From Sedimentisphaerales bacterium (GTDB taxonomy: Bacteria > Planctomycetota > Phycisphaerae > Sedimentisphaerales > SM23-30): a DNA stretch of 64,000 nucleotides. Below, piece after piece: positions 29,298 through 39,941 of the stretch. The position numbers and the translations under genes are program-made. The stretch lies in NCBI GenBank assembly GCA_963666285.1, contig OY762711.1; one strand, 5' to 3'. Below the pieces are notes generated by a model. It worked only from the letters and a program-made list of their open reading frames with translations, did not search any database and was not told the DNA's origin. Within the stretch, counting starts at the first letter, position 1. Each line of letters opens with the position of its first letter.

Positions 29298-30521
29298 CTA
29301 TCCTTTAACCATACTTGACATCTTGAAGATAGGCAGGATTATACTCATAGCGATAAAACCTACAACACCACCCATCATGACAATCATCAGCGGTTCGATC
29401 ATAGAAGTTACAGTACGGATAACATTTTTTAGTTCTCTTTGGTAGAATTCGGTAATATCTCCCATAACTTCAGCGAGCTTACCACTTTCTTCACCGGAAC
29501 TGATCATTTGTATAACACTATTAGGCAGCAGAGCACACTGACTAAGCGGTGTGGATATTTTTTTACCTTGTTTAACCGAGATATATACTTGATGCCACAT
29601 ACGTTTGTAGATGGTATTACCAGCAATATTTGCAGTAATATGAAGAGTGTCAAGCATTGGTACTCCGGCATTAACCAGCTCACCCATAGTATGCATGGAC
29701 CTTGAGATATACAGCGAATTACATAGTTTTCTGATAATAGGTATTTTTAGTTTGCTGTAGTCCCACCAGTAGCGTCCGGCGCTGGTATTAATAGCCCATA
29801 AGAACAGCCACACAATACCTATAGCAGCACCTAAAATGATATACCAGTATTGACGGAATGAATAGCTAAGGAACAAGATGATTTTTGTCGGAGTCGGCAA
29901 AGCATCTTCTTTGCCCTGGAATACCACTACAAAACGCGGCAATACAAAGGTCAGCAGGAATACAATCGTAACAACTGCCATAACTGCAATGATAATTGGG
30001 TATACCATAGCACTTCTGACTTGTGATCTTGTTTCGATTTGCTGTTCTAGATATGTCGCTATACGTTCCAACATCGTACCAAAAGAACCGGACAATTCCG
30101 ATGCCTTTACCATGTTGACATAAAGAGGTGGAAAAGTTTTGGGGTATTTTGCCAGTGATTCAGAAAAGCTCTTGCCTGACTCGATATCAAGTTTAATTTG
30201 GTTTAGTATACCTCTGAATTTTGTGTTTTCGACCTGGTCTGCGATAGCATCAAGAGCCGGCCTTATACTAATACCTGCCTTGATCATAACAGCCAGCTGG
30301 CTGGTAAAGTTAAGTACATCTTTCTGAGATGGTCCAGGTTCAACTTTGAAGTTAAGTATTTTCTGGATAAAACTATCTGTGTTTTCAACTATTTCAGATA
30401 GGTTTAGTACATATCCGCCCTGGCTTTTGAGCATTTTGGCAGCAGCTGTTGGATCTGCGGCAGCTATTGTTCCAGAGCTTATCTGGCCGTTTGGTTGTTT
30501 TAGTTCATAGCGAAAATTCAT
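29298..30521 (-). CDS. pilC: Type IV pilus platform protein PilC (GspF family)
   Basis: FTSQLAVMIKAG, SAMVYP, GEESGKL, MIEPLMI. Confidence 0.9.
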   Translation of the reverse strand: MNFRYELKQPNGQISSGTIAAADPTAAAKMLKSQGGYVLNLSEIVENTDSFIQKILNFKVEPGPSQKDVLNFTSQLAVMIKAGISIRPALDAIADQVENTKFRGILNQIKLDIESGKSFSESLAKYPKTFPPLYVNMVKASELSGSFGTMLERIATYLEQQIETRSQVRSAMVYPIIIAVMAVVTIVFLLTFVLPRFVVVFQGKEDALPTPTKIILFLSYSFRQYWYIILGAAIGIVWLFLWAINTSAGRYWWDYSKLKIPIIRKLCNSLYISRSMHTMGELVNAGVPMLDTLHITANIAGNTIYKRMWHQVYISVKQGKKISTPLSQCALLPNSVIQMISSGEESGKLAEVMGDITEFYQRELKNVIRTVTSMIEPLMIVMMGGVVGFIAMSIILPIFKMSSMVKG

Positions 30522-30573
30522 CTCTGTTCTCCTTTAAGTATTCAATCAGAACAGTAAAATTAATTAATTTATA

Positions 30574-31644
30574 TTATCCGGCGTTTTTGATTCCAAGTAC
30601 CTGTCGAATCTTTTCAGGATGGGATGCATGTGCCAAGCCATCTGTCTTGTCAATATTTCCGTTAAGGCATAATTGTGCAATAGAGTAATCCAGGGTCTGC
30701 ATGCCGATAGCGCGTGATGTTTCGATAATATTTGGAATTTCGAAAATCCTGTTTTCCCGGATACAGTTTCTAACCGCAGGAGTACATAACATTACTTCAA
30801 CTCCTGGAATCATACCCGGCTGATCAATTCTGCGGAACAGCACCTGGCTTAATACCGCCTGCAAAGTGTTAGCCAACATAGACCTTATCTGGTTCTGCTG
30901 GCCTGATGGATAAATATCAATAATACGCTCGATAGTCTGTGAAGCATTCATTGTATGTAATGTACTGAATACCAGGTGGCCGGTTTCAGCTGCAGTAATA
31001 GCAGATGATGTAGTTTCCAGGTCACGCATTTCACCCACTAATATTACATCCGGGTCCTGACGCAGGGCGTGGCGTAAACCAGAAGCAAAGTTTGGACAGT
31101 CACTACCAATCTCACGCTGTTCGATAGCACACAGATTACTTTTGAGAACATATTCTGTCGGGTCTTCAAGAGTGATAATATGCTTACGATATTTTTTATT
31201 CATCTCGTTGATGACCGATGCCATTGTTGTACTTTTACCAGAACCGGTATCACCCGTAACTAGTATCAATCCGCGAGGCAAGTCAACAAGTCTATCTACA
31301 GCTTCAGGTAAATTCAGATTTTCCAAAGGAGGAACTTTATCAGAAATAGAACGAAATGCGATTGCTATACTGTCTCGTTGATAGTGAGCATTAACACGGA
31401 AACGCCCTTTTCCTGTAACTTCTGTAGAGAAGTCGAGGTCGCGTTTCTTCATAAATTCATCGAAACGATCTTGCGGTACTATTTCCTTGAGCATTTCTTC
31501 TGCAGTTTCAGGAGTGACTACAGGATATTCTACTTCCTCAAGGATAGTATTTTTACGCATTAGCGGCTGAAGTCCGCAGATGATATGTACGTCAGAAATT
31601 TTAGATTCGAGTGCTTCAGTTAATATTTTATGCAGGTCTGACAT
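30574..31644 (-). CDS. pilT: Type IV pilus retraction ATPase PilT
   Basis: GDTGSGKSTT, LRQDPD..VGEMRD, AETGHLV.STLHT, AVRNCIRE (AIRNLIRE-like), GMQT. Confidence 0.9.
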   Translation of the reverse strand: MSDLHKILTEALESKISDVHIICGLQPLMRKNTILEEVEYPVVTPETAEEMLKEIVPQDRFDEFMKKRDLDFSTEVTGKGRFRVNAHYQRDSIAIAFRSISDKVPPLENLNLPEAVDRLVDLPRGLILVTGDTGSGKSTTMASVINEMNKKYRKHIITLEDPTEYVLKSNLCAIEQREIGSDCPNFASGLRHALRQDPDVILVGEMRDLETTSSAITAAETGHLVFSTLHTMNASQTIERIIDIYPSGQQNQIRSMLANTLQAVLSQVLFRRIDQPGMIPGVEVMLCTPAVRNCIRENRIFEIPNIIETSRAIGMQTLDYSIAQLCLNGNIDKTDGLAHASHPEKIRQVLGIKNAG

Positions 31645-31739
31645 TTTTTAATCTCCGTTAAATAAAAGTATTCTGCCTTTTATAAGCTAGTGACTCAAAA
31701 TGTCAGCCTGATATTCAGTTTTATGAATTAAATATGTTT

Positions 31740-33539
31740 CTAAATAGCGTCAACGGTTACTCTCATAACCTCTTCGACGGTGGTAATTCCATTTTTTACA
31801 AGTCGAAATCCAGAACCTCGCAAGGACACCATTCCGCGTTCATTACATAGGCGGCGCATTTCGATTACTGTTGGATTGCCGGTAATGATATCCCTGTAAA
31901 CGTCATCAATTGCAAGTAGTTCGTAGATGCCGATACGTCCCTGGTATCCGGTATGACGGCATTTGTCACAGCCGGCACCGGCATATGCTTTTTCCACATT
32001 ATATCCATGAGCCTGAAGAAACATATTTTGTTCTGCAGGAAGTTCTATTTCTGATTTACAATCTGTGCATATTCTACGTACTAAACGTTGTGCGAGTACG
32101 GCATTGAGAGAAGCGGAAATCAGGAACGGTTCGATACCGATATTTATTAGTCTGGTAATACTGCTTGGGGCATCATTAGTATGGAGAGTGGAAAGAACCA
32201 AGTGGCCGGTAAGTGATGCCTGGATGGCTATTCTGGCAGTTTCCTGGTCGCGAATTTCACCTACCATTACTACATCCGGGTCCTGACGTAAAAGAGAGCG
32301 AAGTGCCGCAGCGAAGCTCATACCGATTTTGTCATGGACCTGTACCTGGTTGATACCATCAAGCTGGTATTCAACGGGATCTTCAACGGTTGATATGTTC
32401 ATCTTAGCCCGATCAAGAGATCTCAGTACAGCGTATAAGGTAGTACTTTTACCTGATCCGGTAGGCCCGGTTACAAGTATTATTCCATGTGGACGTTGAA
32501 TATTGTTTGCCAGAATAATATTTGTATCTTCATCCATATCAAGGTCGTTGAGAGTACGTGCAGCACTGGCCCCGTCAAGAACTCGCATAACTACTTTCTC
32601 GCCGTGAACTGTCGGCAGAGTAGAAACGCGCATGTCAATATTTCGATTATCGATTACAACTCTCATACGGCCATCCTGTGGAACACGCCGTTCAGCGATA
32701 TCCAGGTTCGACATAATTTTGATACGGGAAGTAACCGCACCAAGCATAGTATGTGGAGGCGATATTATTTCAAATAAAATGCCGTCAATACGGTATCTTA
32801 CTTTTAGTTTTTTATCACCCGGTTCAATATGTATATCAGAGGCACCCTCACGTATAGCGTTTACAATTAAGTAGTTAACAAATTTAATTATAGGAGAATC
32901 ACCGGCAGCTTCTTCAAGATCTGCCAGGTCTTCTTCTTCAGTTTCAACAACTTCAACTTCTTCAGCATCCATATCCTCTATGATTGAATCAACCTGAAGA
33001 TTTTGTTCGTTGTTGTCTTTATTGCTGAGAGCCAGAATTTCTTTGATTGACTTTTCTGTGCAAACAAAGATTTTCAAAGGCTTTCCGGCTTTCCGCTGAA
33101 TTTCATCCTGTAAGAAGATATCAGTCGGATCGGTCATAGCCAGCAGTAACCAGCCGTCTTTAATGTCAAAAGGTAAAGCATTGTGTTGTTCAATAAATGC
33201 TTTATCCAAAATTGCCATTGCATTTGGATTGACTATTTCAATATTAAGATCCAAAAATGGCAAATCGTACTGTTCAGCCAGGCATTCCTGAAGTACATCT
33301 TCACTGATAGCATCCATCTCTAATAAAATCTGACCAAGTTTTTTTCGAGGTTGCTTTTGACGCAGACTTTTGGCTTGTGCCAGTGTTTTGCTGTCAATGT
33401 TTACCTTGGCGCATAACCTGTCATCAATTGTAGAGATTGCCGGTCTAGCTGAAGAAACATTGCTGGCAATGTTATCATCAACTTGCTTCGGAGTTATCAA
33501 TGATGGATTAAATTGTTCATTATTCTTTTTGTCAAACAT
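31740..33539 (-). CDS. pilB: Type IV pilus extension ATPase PilB (GspE family)
   Basis: KLGQILL N-terminus; GPTGSGKSTT; RQDPD; tetracysteine CTDC..CDKC. Confidence 0.9.
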   Translation of the reverse strand: MFDKKNNEQFNPSLITPKQVDDNIASNVSSARPAISTIDDRLCAKVNIDSKTLAQAKSLRQKQPRKKLGQILLEMDAISEDVLQECLAEQYDLPFLDLNIEIVNPNAMAILDKAFIEQHNALPFDIKDGWLLLAMTDPTDIFLQDEIQRKAGKPLKIFVCTEKSIKEILALSNKDNNEQNLQVDSIIEDMDAEEVEVVETEEEDLADLEEAAGDSPIIKFVNYLIVNAIREGASDIHIEPGDKKLKVRYRIDGILFEIISPPHTMLGAVTSRIKIMSNLDIAERRVPQDGRMRVVIDNRNIDMRVSTLPTVHGEKVVMRVLDGASAARTLNDLDMDEDTNIILANNIQRPHGIILVTGPTGSGKSTTLYAVLRSLDRAKMNISTVEDPVEYQLDGINQVQVHDKIGMSFAAALRSLLRQDPDVVMVGEIRDQETARIAIQASLTGHLVLSTLHTNDAPSSITRLINIGIEPFLISASLNAVLAQRLVRRICTDCKSEIELPAEQNMFLQAHGYNVEKAYAGAGCDKCRHTGYQGRIGIYELLAIDDVYRDIITGNPTVIEMRRLCNERGMVSLRGSGFRLVKNGITTVEEVMRVTVDAI

Positions 33540-33560
33540 ATATTCTGCCCTGATATTTGC

Positions 33561-34205
33561 CTATAATTCAAGTTCGCATTGCCAGTCGTCTGCCTCAAGA
33601 ACAACTGAATCTATTTTTATTTCTACTATCTTGAAGGAATCAGTCACAAAGTCACCAACCTTGTAAAGGATTCCATTAATCAGGCAAATATCTCCATCAG
33701 AACCTTTTAGTATTGATTTTAGATTTAAGTCATTAATTTCTTCAGCAAGTTGTTTTTCTCTTTCGATTTTTTTATTAATTACATCCTGGTCTTTAACTTC
33801 AGGAGCAGGTTTAACTTTGTGAATAAACGGGTTTTTGTTAAGCTCTTCCAGTTTTACCTGCTTTGTCCCCGGCATTTCATAAAATGTTTTTACTAAATTG
33901 TCAGAGTTTTCCAGGTTTTTTGCTCCTATCAGTTTTGCCAGGGCTATATCAAGTTGTGTTGTATCAGTTTGGGCGGTTTCTTCGGTTTCAGGTTTTTTAT
34001 GTTGAAAACCAATCAGCCAGGTCGCAACTATAGCAGCGATGCATACACCTAATAAAATGTATGTGTTTCTGTTACTATTCTGAGAAGTAATAACAAAAGC
34101 ACTGTCACCTTCTATTGGTTCAGTCAGGTCAATTAATGTTTCCTGCTGTATATTTTGTGGTTCTGATGCTTCGTTTGTTTGATTTTGATCTTCAAAGAAA
34201 TTCAT
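33561..34205 (-). CDS. Bitopic pilus accessory protein (position of PilP/GspC)
   Basis: One TM, NPF motif, LKSIL..CLING beta-rich C-terminus; sits between pilO and pilB. Confidence 0.5.
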   Translation of the reverse strand: MNFFEDQNQTNEASEPQNIQQETLIDLTEPIEGDSAFVITSQNSNRNTYILLGVCIAAIVATWLIGFQHKKPETEETAQTDTTQLDIALAKLIGAKNLENSDNLVKTFYEMPGTKQVKLEELNKNPFIHKVKPAPEVKDQDVINKKIEREKQLAEEINDLNLKSILKGSDGDICLINGILYKVGDFVTDSFKIVEIKIDSVVLEADDWQCELEL

Positions 34206-34266
34206 GTCTATACCTTTCAAACGCAAGGTGTATTATCCTGAGTGTACTCAGAAATATTCTGCCTGT

Positions 34267-34800
34267 TTATCCTTTATTGTCGTAATAGATGCTTAAAGTG
34301 AATTTAACCGTCATTGCCCCAGGAACATTCTGGTCCTTTTCGATTTCCATTTCACTTATTTTTGTTATACGCGGCATCTGTTCAAGCTCTAGAAGAAACT
34401 GGTAGAATGATTCAAAGTTGCCGTAAAGTTCCATTTCAATTGGCTGTTCATTATAAACTGAGAATGGTTTGGTTTTATTGGTCTTAAATAATCTGGTTTC
34501 CAGTTTCTGGCTATCAGCGATTTTAGTTACATCTTCCAGAACTTTATGTATTTCATGTTGTTGTGGTAATTTATTTTCAAAAAATTCTACTGCTTCAGCC
34601 AGTTTTTCCACTTCAGCATTTAAGTCATCAATTTTCTGAAGAGCTTGTGTTAGTTCTTCGAGTTTAGTTTGCTGCTGATTGAATTTTTCACGATGTTCGA
34701 CCCAGTTAGCATTAGCCGGTTTAAAGATCCACAACCACGATCCAATAGGAATTGCTGCCAGCAGACCGAAGAATAATAATTCGCGTAAACCAAATTTCAT
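34267..34800 (-). CDS. pilO: Type IV pilus alignment protein PilO
   Basis: TM, coiled coil, KLP..EI..L, GNFESFYQFL..LEQMPRI. Confidence 0.8.
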   Translation of the reverse strand: MKFGLRELLFFGLLAAIPIGSWLWIFKPANANWVEHREKFNQQQTKLEELTQALQKIDDLNAEVEKLAEAVEFFENKLPQQHEIHKVLEDVTKIADSQKLETRLFKTNKTKPFSVYNEQPIEMELYGNFESFYQFLLELEQMPRITKISEMEIEKDQNVPGAMTVKFTLSIYYDNKG

Positions 34801-34827
34801 AGTTTTTCTCCTGTTAACAAAATTCGA

Positions 34828-35595
34828 CTATTTAAGGAAATTGCCGAAAAATTTCATCATACCGTTTTTGTCAGCCATGTTAATCTTCTGATCAGCTGAA
34901 CGATTCATGTGCTGCTGTCTTGCCCATAATACATCTTCTTCTGTTGCCCTGATTTCAGGAGAGATAGAAGTGTTGATTTCAAATTTGCGATAATTCATGT
35001 CATTTTTAACAAATTCTTCTGAATAGCTGAGCGATACAGCTGAGAGTAAATGGGATTTACTCAAATCTTTTATTAGTTGCGCAACCTCTAAGTCACTATT
35101 TGCCACACCAATAAAATCTATAACAGTTTCAAACTTTTTAGGTTTGATTTTCGGTTTTTCGTCTTCTTTTTTCTTACTTGCTGTTTTGATTTTCTTTTTA
35201 GTTACCGGCGGTTCAGACTGTTTAATTTCCTTGCTTTCCAATTCGTATGAAATCAGTGAAACGCCGCTTGGCAAGTTGTTAGTTACAGTAGCTAGAAGGA
35301 GAGATCTTGGGATAGGTTCTGTCAGCATAGCGCTTAATTCAGCTTTCTCTTTCATTTGTAACTTTTTCTTTTCAAGGTCATCAAGTTTTTTCAATGATTC
35401 GGCAGCTAATGTCATTTTTTGAGCCATTTCAGCCTGCTCAGAAACCATTACTCGTCGCCTCTTTTCTGTTATGAACCAGCCAATACTTACTGCTGATATT
35501 ACTACAACAAAGAGCAACAAGCAGATGATATTGGTACGCTGCTGAGCTTTTTTTTCTAAGTAGTCTTCCGGTAAAAAGTTCATATCATTTTTCAT
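34828..35595 (-). CDS. pilN: Type IV pilus alignment protein PilN
   Basis: MNFLP motif, then TM; ATGA overlap with the pilM stop. Confidence 0.75.
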   Translation of the reverse strand: MKNDMNFLPEDYLEKKAQQRTNIICLLLFVVVISAVSIGWFITEKRRRVMVSEQAEMAQKMTLAAESLKKLDDLEKKKLQMKEKAELSAMLTEPIPRSLLLATVTNNLPSGVSLISYELESKEIKQSEPPVTKKKIKTASKKKEDEKPKIKPKKFETVIDFIGVANSDLEVAQLIKDLSKSHLLSAVSLSYSEEFVKNDMNYRKFEINTSISPEIRATEEDVLWARQQHMNRSADQKINMADKNGMMKFFGNFLK

Positions 35596-36506
35596 AGTTG
35601 TGTTACCCCATAAGCAATTGACCACTGGGAGTCAGGCAAAAGTCCATTTTCAAAGTCAACCGGTAAATGACAGGAACTTATTTCAAGCCCTAACCGATTG
35701 GCAAATTCATTAACAAGCTGATTGTTTCCGGCATATCCCCCGGTAAATAGTATTTTAGTTACCGGTTCCTTTTCCCAGATCATGTCATGGTATCTAAGGC
35801 ATGCTTTTAGTTCTTCCAGCAATACCTGACTATTTAGAGTGGTCTTATCATTTTTATCAAATGCAGATTGGATGTTACGACAAAATGTGACATTTTCCCC
35901 TTTTGATATAACCGCCCATGCAGATTCGTACCCTATGTCAACAAACATTACCCGGTCCTGGTTTTGGAATCCGGCATTTTTGTAGACTTCAGGTAATATG
36001 ACAGCTGGTACAGAAACGTTATCAATTTCCAGTTTTGCATTTTCCAGGCATTTAATATGATAAAACAGATTCTTATTGGAAACCACAAGTACAATTACTT
36101 CCAATTTTGTTGAGTTTTCTTTGCTGTCAAATACTTCACCGGCAACTATATGGCGAATCATAGCATTTTCAGTGTCAAATGATACTTTTTCGCGTATTTC
36201 AAATTGGATAATCTTTTTGAGTTCATCTTGTGACATTTTGTCAAGTCTAAGATGACATATTTCCACCTGGCCAGCTGAAAGGCTGCTTCTTACAATATGT
36301 CCTTTAAAAGGTTTTTTGGTAAGCATATCTTTTATAGCTTTTGTACCCCATTGGTAATATGCAACCGGGTCGCGACGTGCTTCAGCAGGAACTTCTCGTT
36401 TATCTGCTATCACTTCCTGGCCACCGGATTTCATCTGAACCATTTTCAGACTGGCTCTGCCGAAATCAATTCCGATGGGGTTTGATTTTGTACTAAATAT
36501 GCTCAT
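35592..36506 (-). CDS. pilM: Type IV pilus protein PilM (actin-like)
   Basis: IGIDFG..LKMVQ, FVDIG, LFTGG, AYG. Confidence 0.8.
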   Translation of the reverse strand: MSIFSTKSNPIGIDFGRASLKMVQMKSGGQEVIADKREVPAEARRDPVAYYQWGTKAIKDMLTKKPFKGHIVRSSLSAGQVEICHLRLDKMSQDELKKIIQFEIREKVSFDTENAMIRHIVAGEVFDSKENSTKLEVIVLVVSNKNLFYHIKCLENAKLEIDNVSVPAVILPEVYKNAGFQNQDRVMFVDIGYESAWAVISKGENVTFCRNIQSAFDKNDKTTLNSQVLLEELKACLRYHDMIWEKEPVTKILFTGGYAGNNQLVNEFANRLGLEISSCHLPVDFENGLLPDSQWSIAYGVTQL

Positions 36507-37047
36507 TATTTAACCTTTACTGTTAATTATGCCTGCTCGAAGTCGTTTATCATTGTTGGTAATTTATAAGTGTTTTTAATATAAGGAGATATAATACGTG
36601 TTTGAGTGTTTATATCTTTGCATTATATAAATTATCAATAAAATATATGATAAAATCTTACCTATATCAACTATCTCAGCTATTTCAACTAAGTATTAAT
36701 AATTTCTTGCTTTACCCAACCGTAATAATGATTATAAATTAACAAAAAGCTATAATAATTGCTGTTTATCAGGTATTTAGACTTACTTACAGGAAAAAAA
36801 ATTATAACCAAGATATAATTAAATATAGTTATAAATATTAGTTTGCCAGATTATCGGAATAAGTATTCAAAACAATATTAATGTTTAGAAATAGCTGATA
36901 AGTTACCAAACCAAAGACAGAATTTTGCCGATAGATATAGCTGAGCATTAGCATTAATCCTTAAACCAGGCTTATTGTGATAATTCTAATGAAAAAACCA
37001 TTATTGGGCGGCCCAGATAAGGCTGAAGACATAATAAATTACGCTGC

Positions 37048-37076
37048 TTGATAATTTAGGCAAAAGCAGATAGAAT
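37048..37076 (+). promoter_or_regulatory. Sigma70-type promoter for clpC
   Basis: TTGATA-N17-TAGAAT. Confidence 0.45.
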
Positions 37077-37232
37077 TATCAAATGATATATATGAGTAGA
37101 AGTAAAACAATAACACCTACCAGAATATGGTAGAATAAAACTAAAATATAACGTATTTAACTTTATACGTAAATTTCGGGTAATACCAAAATTATTTGAG
37201 TTTATTTAGCTCAAAATTGACTGGAGATTGAA

Positions 37233-39779
37233 ATGTTTGAAAGATTTACAGACCGGGCCAGAAAAATAATGGCTCTGGCTAATCAGGAAGCACAAAGGTT
37301 TAATCACGAATATATTGGAACCGAGCACATCCTTCTCGGCCTGGTTCGTGAAGGTAGTGGGGTGGGCGCTAATGTGTTAAAGAACCTTGATGTAGATTTG
37401 CGCAAAGTCCGCCTTGAGATCGAAAAACTGGTCAAAAGTGGACCTGACATGGTAACTATGGGCAAGCTTCCCCAGACTCCTCGCGCCAAAAAAGTAATTG
37501 AATATGCTATTGAGGAGGCCAGGGCGTTAAATCATAACTATGTCGGCACAGAGCATTTGCTACTTGGTTTGCTTCGTGAAAGTGAAGGTGTTGCGGCACA
37601 GGTATTAATGAATCTCGGCTTAAAGCTTGAAAAAGTAAGAGAAGAGGTTTTGAATTTACTTGGAGCAGGACTGGAAAGTACAGAGATGAGTACAAGCAGC
37701 GATCAGACAGGTTCAACCGAATCAATGGGAGGTCCAGGCTCGTCGCAAAAATCTGCAAAGAGTAAAACACCTGCGTTGGACAGCTTTGGTAGAGATTTAA
37801 CTGAACTGGCAAAACAGGGTCAGTTGGATCCGGTAATTGGTCGAAGCAATGAGATTGAACGCGTACTTCAGGTTTTATGCCGTCGTACTAAGAATAATCC
37901 GGTATTACTAGGTGAAGCCGGTGTAGGTAAAACTGCTATTGTAGAAGGTTTGGCACAGAAGATTATTGCCCATGATGTACCGGAGATTCTTGCCGGTCGC
38001 CGTTTGGTAGTTCTTGACCTGGCAATGATGGTTGCAGGTACTAAATATCGAGGCCAGTTTGAAGAACGCATCAAGGCAGTAATGAATGAAGTTAAACGAG
38101 CTAAGAATGTAATTCTGTTTATTGATGAGCTTCATACTCTGGTTGGTGCTGGTGGAGCAGAAGGTGCCATAGATGCATCAAATGTTTTGAAACCGGCCTT
38201 AAGTCGTGGTGAAATTCAGTGTATTGGTGCCACAACCTTAGATGAGTATCGAAAATATATTGAAAAAGATGCGGCACTAGAACGTCGATTCCAGACAATT
38301 CTGGTCGAACCTCCAACTAAAGAAGAAGCCCTTGAGATACTTAGGGGGTTGAGAGATAATTATGAGGCGCATCATAGGGTTCGTATAACCGACGAAGCTC
38401 TTGATGCTGCAGTTGAACTTTCGAGTAGATATATTACTGGGCGTTGTCTTCCAGATAAGGCAATTGACGTTCTGGATGAGGCAGGTGCCCGTATTCGGTT
38501 GGCTACAATGACCAAGCCGCCAGATTTAACAGAAATTGAAAAAGAGATCGAGCGTTTACAGATCGAAAAAGATGAATCTGTAAAGAATGCTGATTATGAA
38601 CGTGCTGCTTTGCTTCGAGATGAAGCTCAGAAGATGCAGCAGAAAAAAGAAGAGATGCAGACAAAGTGGCGTGAAGACAACAACGAGTCTGAAGGTCTGG
38701 TTGATGAAGAGGTAGTTGCCGAAGTAGTTAGTATGATTACGGGAGTACCTTTGACCAGGCTCAAGAAAGAAGAGGTTGCGCGTTTACTAGAGCTTGAAAA
38801 TGAGCTGCATAAACGAGTTGTCAGCCAGGATGAGGCTATTAAGGTTGTGGCAAAATGTATCCGTCGCAGTCGAAGCGGCTTGAAAGATCCAAAACGTCCA
38901 ATGGGCTGTTTTATCTTTGTCGGACCGTCCGGTGTTGGTAAGACTCTGCTTGCAAGAGCGTTGGCTGAATTCTTATTTGGAAATGAAGATGCACTTATTC
39001 AGCTTGATATGAGTGAGTATATGGAGAAACATAATGTATCTCGTTTGGTAGGAGCGCCTCCAGGATATGTTGGTTTTGAAGAGGGTGGTCAGCTGACAGA
39101 ACGTATTCGTCGTCGACCATACTCAGTTGTATTGCTGGATGAAATCGAAAAAGCTCATAGTGATGTAACTAATATGCTGTTACAGGTAATGGAAGAAGGT
39201 CGTTTGACAGACAGTTTTGGTCGTCATATTGACTTCAGAAATACTATTCTGATTATGACAAGTAATATTGGTGCAGACCTGATCAAGAATCAGGGTGGTA
39301 GTGGTTTTGGTTTTGGCAAACGTGACGCTGAAACTAACTATGAAAGAATGAAAGACATTTTACATAAAGAGGCAGAACGCTTCTTCCGTCCGGAATTTTT
39401 GAACCGTCTTGATGATTTGATTGTATTCCAGTCTCTTACTCGTGAAAATCTCGAAATTATCGTGAATTATGAATTGAATAAGGTATTTAAACGTCTGGCA
39501 GATAGAGGGCTCAGTCTTGAACTTTGTGAAGATGCCAAAGAGTTCTTGATAGATAAAGGATATGATCTTGAGTTTGGTGCTCGTCCGTTGCGTCGTGCAA
39601 TTGAACGTCATGTTGAAGATCCATTAAGTGAAAAACTCCTGATGAATGATTTTGAAGGAGTTGACCTTATTAAGGTTTCTGTTTTGGATGACAGCCTTCA
39701 CTTTGAAGGATTTAAGACAGAAGATAATTCACCGGATTCTGGTCAGGAAGAGTCAGAAGAAATGTCACAGACAACTTAA
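37233..39779 (+). CDS. clpC: ATP-dependent Clp protease ATPase subunit ClpC
   Basis: [11 protein letters not shown]-domain repeats; two AAA+ modules (GVGKT twice); short UVR middle domain; GFGF ClpP-binding loop. Confidence 0.95.
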   Translation: MFERFTDRARKIMALANQEAQRFNHEYIGTEHILLGLVREGSGVGANVLKNLDVDLRKVRLEIEKLVKSGPDMVTMGKLPQTPRAKKVIEYAIEEARALNHNYVGTEHLLLGLLRESEGVAAQVLMNLGLKLEKVREEVLNLLGAGLESTEMSTSSDQTGSTESMGGPGSSQKSAKSKTPALDSFGRDLTELAKQGQLDPVIGRSNEIERVLQVLCRRTKNNPVLLGEAGVGKTAIVEGLAQKIIAHDVPEILAGRRLVVLDLAMMVAGTKYRGQFEERIKAVMNEVKRAKNVILFIDELHTLVGAGGAEGAIDASNVLKPALSRGEIQCIGATTLDEYRKYIEKDAALERRFQTILVEPPTKEEALEILRGLRDNYEAHHRVRITDEALDAAVELSSRYITGRCLPDKAIDVLDEAGARIRLATMTKPPDLTEIEKEIERLQIEKDESVKNADYERAALLRDEAQKMQQKKEEMQTKWREDNNESEGLVDEEVVAEVVSMITGVPLTRLKKEEVARLLELENELHKRVVSQDEAIKVVAKCIRRSRSGLKDPKRPMGCFIFVGPSGVGKTLLARALAEFLFGNEDALIQLDMSEYMEKHNVSRLVGAPPGYVGFEEGGQLTERIRRRPYSVVLLDEIEKAHSDVTNMLLQVMEEGRLTDSFGRHIDFRNTILIMTSNIGADLIKNQGGSGFGFGKRDAETNYERMKDILHKEAERFFRPEFLNRLDDLIVFQSLTRENLEIIVNYELNKVFKRLADRGLSLELCEDAKEFLIDKGYDLEFGARPLRRAIERHVEDPLSEKLLMNDFEGVDLIKVSVLDDSLHFEGFKTEDNSPDSGQEESEEMSQTT

Positions 39780-39818
39780 ACTGTATTTTCAGTTTAACAG
39801 CTGTTTTCTATTGTTAAT

Positions 39819-39854
39819 AAAAGCTTCGATCAATTATATGGTCGAAGTTTTTTT
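39819..39854 (+). terminator. Intrinsic terminator of clpC
   Basis: AAAAGCTTCGATCA..TGGTCGAAGTTTT followed by T's. Confidence 0.75.
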
Positions 39855-39860
39855 ATTATT

Positions 39861-39888
39861 TTGTAACTTCAGTTACAATTGTATGTAT
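39861..39888 (+). promoter_or_regulatory. Putative ECF promoter overlapping a perfect palindrome
   Basis: TGTAAC-N16-TGTAT; TTGTAACT-TC-AGTTACAA inverted repeat. Confidence 0.45.
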
Positions 39889-39941
39889 AATCAGTAGTTT
39901 GTTAATTATTATTTTACTTTTTTCTATATGGAGATTATTAA

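Noticed and set aside
36507..37232. Long AT-rich pilM/clpC intergenic region as oriC, sRNA, or CtsR/CIRCE site
   Set aside because: No DnaA boxes, no CIRCE or CtsR repeat, no convincing stable stems; the GCCGATAG near 36927 lacks a good sigma28 -35
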